Origin: an uncultured Acidimicrobiales bacterium
GTDB taxonomy: Bacteria > Actinomycetota > Actinomycetes > Mycobacteriales > QHCE01
Length of the DNA stretch: 64,000 nucleotides
Reading direction: 5' to 3'
NCBI GenBank assembly: GCA_963736285.1
Contig: CAVTOA010000003.1
Location: 281,652-345,651 of the forward strand
Positions 58,255 through 64,000 of this stretch are shown piece after piece. A program made the translations under genes and the position numbers. Under the pieces are notes generated by a model, which was not told the DNA's origin, searched no databases, and was given only the letters and a program-made list of their open reading frames with translations. Position 1 is the stretch's first letter, and every line of letters starts with the position of its first letter.

Positions 58255-61080
58255 TTGAGCATGATCGCCAACCGGGGCCACGATGTCGCAGCGTCCACAG
58301 CTACCCCATCCACAACCACGACACCAACTACGACCGCGACACCCTCGGAAAACCCAGAGAGTGCAGAAGCCAACGCCGCACTACGCGCCGACATTCGTCG
58401 GCTTGGCAATCTTCTCGGCGAGACCCTGGTGCGGCAAGAAGACGCGGAGCTGCTAGCAACCGTGGAGCGAGTGCGCGCGGTAGTACGTCACGAACCGGCG
58501 AATGCCGCCTCGGTGTTGGAACGAGTCGACACAGCCACAGCCACTCGGTTGACCCGTGCTTTCTCCACATACTTTTTGCTCGCTAACGCGGCCGAACAAG
58601 TGCATCGAGGACGCAATCTGCGAGAACAACGGCATCGCAAAGGCGGTTGGATTGCCCATGCCGGGCGGGAGATCGCTGACGCCATCGCCCGAGACAACAT
58701 GGGTGGGGGTGAATCGACGGCTGCTCGACTACGCGAAGTGGCCACACATTTGGCTGTACGCCCGGTATTCACCGCGCACCCCACCGAAGCGGCCCGGCGG
58801 TCCACCTTGACCAAGCTCCGCATGATCGCGGATCTACTTGAAGAACGTGAGCCAGACGCCCACACCCAGCACCGGCTCGCCGAGCTCGTCGACCTCCTGT
58901 GGCAGACAGACGAACTCCGGCTGGAGCGCCCCGAACCCGCAGATGAGGCACGCAACGCCGTCTACTACCTGTCATCGCTGCATCACGACACCGCGGCCAT
59001 GGTGCTAGTCGAACTCGCCGACATGCTCAGCCAGCTGGGCATTCATCAGCCGGCAACCGCTCGGCCACTCACCTTCGGCACATGGATAGGTGGCGACCGA
59101 GACGGAAACCCATTTGTGACACCTGAGGTCACGCTCGAGGTGCTAGTACTCGCTCACGAATACGGCATCCGGGCAACCGAGCGGGCGATCGACGAACTGA
59201 TCGACGAACTGTCTATCTCCGAACGCGTCGCCGGCGTCAGCGAGGAACTGACCGCCAGCTTGACCGCCGACCTCCGTCAGCTACCCGACCTGGAGCCGCG
59301 CCATCGCAGAGTCAATGCTGGTGAGCCATATCGCCTCAAGCTGCGATGCATCCGCGCCAAGTTGGAGCACACTCGTCGACGGCTCGCTCGTAGTACGCCG
59401 CACGTGCCTGGGCGAGATTATCTGGGAACCGCCGAGCTCATGGCCGATTTGGAGATCATCCGTCGCTCGCTTGTGGCCCATCGAGGCGAATTGGTCGCAA
59501 GCGGACGGCTGACCACCATCATTCGTACCATTAGTGCATTTGGAATCCAACTGGCCACTATGGACATTCGTGAGCACGCGGCGGCACATCACGCCGTACT
59601 CTCCCAGCTCTTCGACCGGCTCGGCGAACTGAGCCAGCCATACCAAGAGTTGGATCGCGCCACCCGCACCGCGCTGCTGGCCACGGAACTGGCTAGTCAC
59701 CGTCCGCTCTCCAACGCGGCACCCGAGCTCACGCTCGCCAACGCAAAGACTTACGGGGTGTTCAGCTCCATTGCCGCCGCGCAGCAACGGTTCGGCGCGG
59801 AAACGATCGAGTCTTACATCATCTCGATGACCGAGGGTGTCGACGACGTTTTGGCCGCTGCGGTGCTCGCTCGCGAAGCTGGACTAGTTGATGTCACCGC
59901 TGGTCGCGCCGACATTGGCTTTGTTCCCCTGCTCGAGCAGGTGGCCGAGTTGTCCCATGCCGGCGCCATCCTCGACGACCTACTATCCGTGCCGGCATAC
60001 CGAGCGATTGTTACGGCGCGAGGTAATGTGCAGGAGGTCATGCTGGGTTACTCAGACTCCAATAAGGACGCCGGCATCGCCGCATCGCAATGGCAAATTC
60101 ACCAAGCGCAGCGGGCCCTACGGCAAATCGCCGATAAACACGGTGTGCGCCTGCGGCTATTCCACGGCCGTGGCGGCACCATCGGACGCGGCGGCGGCCC
60201 CACCTATGACGCCATCCTTGCCCAACCAGAAGGAACCGTCGATGGCGAAATGAAGGTAACCGAGCAAGGCGAAGTGATCTCCGACAAATACGCTCTGCCC
60301 ACGCTCGCCCGCGAAAATCTGGAACTGACCGTGGCCGCCGTACTACGTGCCAGCGTGCTACAGGTCACTCCGCCCAAGCACACGCAAAACGTCGAACTCT
60401 GGCACACCACTATGGACAAGCTCAGCGCGGCCGCACATGGTGTATATCGTCGACTCATCGACGACCCCGCGCTCACCGCCTATTTTTGGGCGGCCACACC
60501 CACGGAACTATTGGGCGAGCTCAACATCGGCTCCCGCCCCGCTAAACGACCAGACGCCGACTCGGGATTGGCGGGCTTGCGCGCGATTCCATGGGTATTC
60601 GGTTGGACCCAGTCGCGGCAGATCGTTCCGGGCTGGTTCGGAGTCGGCTCTGGCGTCGCCGCACTGCGGGCCGACGGGCACGGCGAACTCCTACACGACA
60701 TGTTCCGACACTGGCGGTTCTTCCACACATTTCTGGCCAACGTCGAGATGACATTGTTCAAAACAGACCTAGCAATCACCGCGCATTACGTCGAACGACT
60801 CGTGCCAGAGGAACTACACAGCGTCTTCGCCGCAATCCGCGCCGAACATGACCGTGCCGTTGCGGAAGTACTCGCAATTACCGGTCAAGGTCGCCTGCTG
60901 GACTCGCAACCGGGGCTGCGTCGGACACTCAGCGTCCGCGACCGCTACCTGCTGCCCCTGCACCATCTACAAGTGGATCTGCTGGCTCGCTACCGTGAGG
61001 GAAACCAAGACCCCGAAGTCCGCCGAGCCCTACTATTGACGGTCAACGGGATCGCTGCCGGCATGCGCAACACCGGCTAG
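58255..61080 (+). CDS. ppc: phosphoenolpyruvate carboxylase
   Basis: 941 aa. VFTAHPTE, GYSDSNKDAG, FHGRGGTIGRGGGP and C-terminal NGIAAGMRNTG. Confidence 0.95.
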   Translation: MSMIANRGHDVAASTATPSTTTTPTTTATPSENPESAEANAALRADIRRLGNLLGETLVRQEDAELLATVERVRAVVRHEPANAASVLERVDTATATRLTRAFSTYFLLANAAEQVHRGRNLREQRHRKGGWIAHAGREIADAIARDNMGGGESTAARLREVATHLAVRPVFTAHPTEAARRSTLTKLRMIADLLEEREPDAHTQHRLAELVDLLWQTDELRLERPEPADEARNAVYYLSSLHHDTAAMVLVELADMLSQLGIHQPATARPLTFGTWIGGDRDGNPFVTPEVTLEVLVLAHEYGIRATERAIDELIDELSISERVAGVSEELTASLTADLRQLPDLEPRHRRVNAGEPYRLKLRCIRAKLEHTRRRLARSTPHVPGRDYLGTAELMADLEIIRRSLVAHRGELVASGRLTTIIRTISAFGIQLATMDIREHAAAHHAVLSQLFDRLGELSQPYQELDRATRTALLATELASHRPLSNAAPELTLANAKTYGVFSSIAAAQQRFGAETIESYIISMTEGVDDVLAAAVLAREAGLVDVTAGRADIGFVPLLEQVAELSHAGAILDDLLSVPAYRAIVTARGNVQEVMLGYSDSNKDAGIAASQWQIHQAQRALRQIADKHGVRLRLFHGRGGTIGRGGGPTYDAILAQPEGTVDGEMKVTEQGEVISDKYALPTLARENLELTVAAVLRASVLQVTPPKHTQNVELWHTTMDKLSAAAHGVYRRLIDDPALTAYFWAATPTELLGELNIGSRPAKRPDADSGLAGLRAIPWVFGWTQSRQIVPGWFGVGSGVAALRADGHGELLHDMFRHWRFFHTFLANVEMTLFKTDLAITAHYVERLVPEELHSVFAAIRAEHDRAVAEVLAITGQGRLLDSQPGLRRTLSVRDRYLLPLHHLQVDLLARYREGNQDPEVRRALLLTVNGIAAGMRNTG

Positions 61081-61691
61081 CTGATTTTTAGACTGGCCAC
61101 CAGCTGGTCGCACGCCTTTTGTATGAGACGTTTGTGCTCGTTCCAGTGGCACTCGACTCTGACGCCGGACACATTGGCCTTGTCGGAAACCGCACCATGA
61201 AGGTCAATCACGTAATCGATTTCCGGATTACTCATAGGCACTTCGGAGATCGTTAAAGCGGGGAGCGTGGCGACCGTCATCCGACCCACTTGCGCGCCCA
61301 TTGACGTGCTCTCAGCGGCGATGTCGGCCAGATTGAGCGGGCTGGTGGTGACCGCGTCGACCGTCAGATAGTCGTCCTGCACTGGCAGCGCGGTGACCTC
61401 GGTGGGCATGACAATCGCCAAGTATTGATCGCGGCGAGTCGGATGCGTGACATCGGTGTCCGTGCGCTCAGTGACCTCCGCTAGACCGGCCGGAACCCGG
61501 AACGAATAGTGCGCCGCGGCACGCGTCACCGTCTCCCCCGCCGAATGCACCGTGGCGACGTTCGTCATTTTGGAAGTGCCACACGCATTCAGCAACAACA
61601 CACCAGCTGTGGCCAGCACCGCCACCGCCGCACTCCGAAGTCTGAGAGCCGCCGTTGGCCTTCCCGAGGTGCGGACACACGCTAATGGCAT
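61077..61691 (-). CDS. putative lipoprotein
   Basis: Signal peptide with lipobox LLNA/C. Its stop overlaps the ppc stop in a shared CTAG. Confidence 0.55.
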   Translation of the reverse strand: MPLACVRTSGRPTAALRLRSAAVAVLATAGVLLLNACGTSKMTNVATVHSAGETVTRAAAHYSFRVPAGLAEVTERTDTDVTHPTRRDQYLAIVMPTEVTALPVQDDYLTVDAVTTSPLNLADIAAESTSMGAQVGRMTVATLPALTISEVPMSNPEIDYVIDLHGAVSDKANVSGVRVECHWNEHKRLIQKACDQLVASLKIS

Positions 61692-61746
61692 GGTCCGACT
61701 GTAGCCACCGACCGAGTCGGTGCCATCACCTGGTTCGGTCGTGCGA

Positions 61747-62880
61747 TTAGTCTATTGTGGACTTACTCTCGTGGACCTCGGCATACAGCGTGCTCAGACG
61801 TCCAGGATCGTTGGGATCCTCGTCCCCCGCCACCAAACGCTCTTCCAATGCAAGCTTGCGAGCACGAAAACCAGCATCCATTGCTCGCCCTGGATTAGCC
61901 AAAAGGTCGATAACCGCGCTCGTCAACGCTCGGGGAAAGTTTGCCGGGACCACTCGTCCGATGTCCTCCGCCACCGCCTCGCGCATGCCATCCGCGTCAG
62001 AGGCGACAACCGGACGACCCAACTCTCTTGCTTCTAGCGGCACCAACGAACTCCCTTCCCAGCGAGAAGGGCAGATGACGATGTCGGCGGCATACATCCA
62101 GGCCAGCGCCGTCTCCCGCTCCACCCGCCCGATGAACCGAATGCCCATACCCATCTGCTGCTCCAGGTCACGTCGAGCCGGTCCATCTCCCACCAACACA
62201 AGTTCGGCATTCGGGATAGCGTCACGAACCAAGGGCCAAGCAGCAACGGCGACGTCCTGCCCCTTCTGCTCACACAGGCGTGCGGCACACACCACCACTG
62301 GTTGACCAGCCGACAACCCCAACTCTGCCCGAACGCTTGCCCGGTCGCGGTCGCATAAGGCATCGATAGGAGCGACGTCGATATTCGGCGGGACGTATGC
62401 GAACCGACCACGAACCCCATTCCGTCGTCCAGTAGCGGCTTCACCCTGACTAGCGCAGATGGTCACCGCCGTCCACCTCGCGGCAAACCGCTCCCATTCG
62501 CGGATCAACCGCTGGCGTAGACCTTTGGCCGAAAGAAACGCCCAGCCATAGGGACTAAAAACCGTAGGAACACGGCCACGTATCGCCATCCGCCCGATCA
62601 TTCCGGCGCGAGAGCCATGTAAATGTGCGACGGCGGGCGCGGTCTGCTCCACAAGCTCCCCCAACTGGCGCGCCTGCAGCGCAAGCGCCACATCGGAGCC
62701 ACTCAGAGGACGCCAAGGAACCACCCGAGCACCAGCCTGTTGAGCTAGCCGAGCCAACCAGCTGTCTGGGCACGCGACAGTCGCGCTGCCACCCGCCGCG
62801 AGATGACGTGAAATTTCGTCCGCGAGGCAGTGCGCTAGCCCAGTGTTAATTGCGTCAGAGACATGCAGCACGTGGGGCAT
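61747..62880 (-). CDS. GT4-family glycosyltransferase
   Basis: C-terminal EGSSLVPLEARELGRPVVASDADGMREAV (E-x7-E type motif). Start placed at MPHVLHVS (ORF track extends to 62910). Confidence 0.75.
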   Translation of the reverse strand: MPHVLHVSDAINTGLAHCLADEISRHLAAGGSATVACPDSWLARLAQQAGARVVPWRPLSGSDVALALQARQLGELVEQTAPAVAHLHGSRAGMIGRMAIRGRVPTVFSPYGWAFLSAKGLRQRLIREWERFAARWTAVTICASQGEAATGRRNGVRGRFAYVPPNIDVAPIDALCDRDRASVRAELGLSAGQPVVVCAARLCEQKGQDVAVAAWPLVRDAIPNAELVLVGDGPARRDLEQQMGMGIRFIGRVERETALAWMYAADIVICPSRWEGSSLVPLEARELGRPVVASDADGMREAVAEDIGRVVPANFPRALTSAVIDLLANPGRAMDAGFRARKLALEERLVAGDEDPNDPGRLSTLYAEVHESKSTID

Positions 62881-62979
62881 CACCCTGCCGAGCGTGCCAC
62901 AGTTGCCCATTGCTTCGCGAGTCGCTCTTTCTCTTTGCCTGTCACAGATTGGGGTGCTCGTGGTGGATCAGTCCGAAAC

Positions 62980-63585
62980 TTATTGTCGGGAAGAATCGGG
63001 GTAGTCCGCGTGGAAGATATTTTGCACGTCGGCCAACGGGCGAGCCAGCAACGCCTCCACCGCATCTGCCGCACGTTCAATGTGGACAGCCAGCTCTTTG
63101 CGCTCAGGGGCAGCAAAGTCCGTTAACACGAAGTCTGCGACGGGTTGCCGCCCAGGAGGGCGGCCGATACCAAAGCGCACCCGGAGAAAATCCGGGCTGC
63201 CCAACGATTGAGCAAGCGAACGTAACCCGTTGTGCCCTGCTGTTCCGCCGCCCTGCTTGAGCCTTAGCGCACCATACGGAAGATCTAGCTCGTCGTGAAC
63301 CACCACGATGCGTTCTGTCGGTACTTTGAAAAAGTCACGCACACCAACTACCGGGCCGCCAGAAATATTCATGAACGACATCGGTTTGACGAGCACCGCC
63401 CGCCAGCCCAGCCCCTCGCCCAGTCCGCATTCGCTGATCTGAGCCTGTGAGCGGTGCGCCTTGAAACGCGCCCCAGCACGATGAGCCAACGCGTCGACCA
63501 CCATGAAGCCAGCATTGTGCCGATTACCAGCGTAACGAGGGCCAGGGTTACCAAGTCCAACAACGAGGAAAAGCTCATTGGTCAT
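62980..63585 (-). CDS. pth: peptidyl-tRNA hydrolase
   Basis: [21 protein letters not shown] ... HDELDLPYG ... [11 protein letters not shown]. Confidence 0.95.
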   Translation of the reverse strand: MTNELFLVVGLGNPGPRYAGNRHNAGFMVVDALAHRAGARFKAHRSQAQISECGLGEGLGWRAVLVKPMSFMNISGGPVVGVRDFFKVPTERIVVVHDELDLPYGALRLKQGGGTAGHNGLRSLAQSLGSPDFLRVRFGIGRPPGRQPVADFVLTDFAAPERKELAVHIERAADAVEALLARPLADVQNIFHADYPDSSRQ

Positions 63586-63686
63586 GGTTCCCCGACCCTA
63601 CTCCCGCTTCACATACTGGCGAGCCAGGTTTCACCTAGCTGACGAGCCCGACTGGTGCGCGACTACACACGTCGCGTCCGCACAAG

Positions 63687-64000
63687 TTAGGAAGCCGCGG
63701 GCTCGGCAGCGGGCTCCGCTTCTTCTTCGCTGGCCTGCTTCTCGATCCCAAGGCCAGCCTCTGCCGAGGAGAGGTCTGCCTCCATTTGCGCCGCCGTGGG
63801 AGACGCCATCACACTGACGACAATAGCTTCTGGGTCGGTGTCCAATGTGGACCCGCTTGGAAGCTTCACGTCTTTCGCCAACACGTGCTGGCCGATCTCG
63901 AGACCATCCAAGCTCACCTCGACCGACTCGGGTAGATGAGTAGCCTCAGCCTCCACCGCGAGGGTGGTGAGCTCCTGTGTGAGAAGACCACCCTTGGCCT
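63687..64000 (-). CDS. rplY: 50S ribosomal protein L25/general stress protein Ctc, C-terminal part (runs off the window)
   Basis: Position upstream of pth, an L25 C-terminal beta-domain-like sequence and an acidic tail EEEAEPAAEPAAS. The N-terminus lies outside the window. Confidence 0.7.
   Translation of the reverse strand, partial: AKGGLLTQELTTLAVEAEATHLPESVEVSLDGLEIGQHVLAKDVKLPSGSTLDTDPEAIVVSVMASPTAAQMEADLSSAEAGLGIEKQASEEEAEPAAEPAAS

Overview
High-GC (about 60%) actinobacterial chromosomal window, mostly minus-strand core genes. Three blocks are syntenic with Mycobacterium: Rv1020-1026 (mfd, mazG, eno, ftsB, DUF501, ppx), Rv3240c-3246c (secA, hpf, comF, mtrB, mtrA) and Rv3654c-3660c (Tad/Flp pilus). 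The window also holds ssrA (tmRNA) with smpB, ftsEX plus an M23 peptidase, prfB, tRNA-Leu(UAA), ppc, pth and the 3' part of rplY/ctc. The most interesting signals are as follows. (1) The Tad/Flp locus is split, and a 1562-aa FHA-FtsK/EssC-like membrane ATPase with four P-loop-type domains is transcribed divergently from tadA, with no other type VII secretion genes nearby. (2) An identical 13-15 nt box (GGGAGTTATCCACAG, containing the DnaA-box-like core TTATCCACA) lies in the same orientation upstream of the flp pilin gene, the FtsK-like ATPase and comF. This suggests a shared pilus/competence-type regulon. (3) RF2 (prfB) carries SSY in place of the conserved SPF stop-codon-recognition tripeptide, and TAG is the most frequent stop codon among the 55 termini I read (24 TAG, 18 TGA, 13 TAA). 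(4) One ~56-nt hairpin-containing repeat family is tandemly arrayed directly after the mature 3' ends of both tmRNA (about 2.8 copies) and tRNA-Leu (2 copies). (5) Multiple frameshifts are concentrated in a few core genes (secA, eno, ppx, mazG, udg), while the very long neighbouring genes are intact. (6) There are low-GC foreign-looking insertions: an orphan 293-aa gene between a GNAT gene and mfd, a DUF2207 gene between ssrA and smpB, and a small-ORF islet between udg and ppx. No CRISPR array, transposase, integrase or rRNA is visible.
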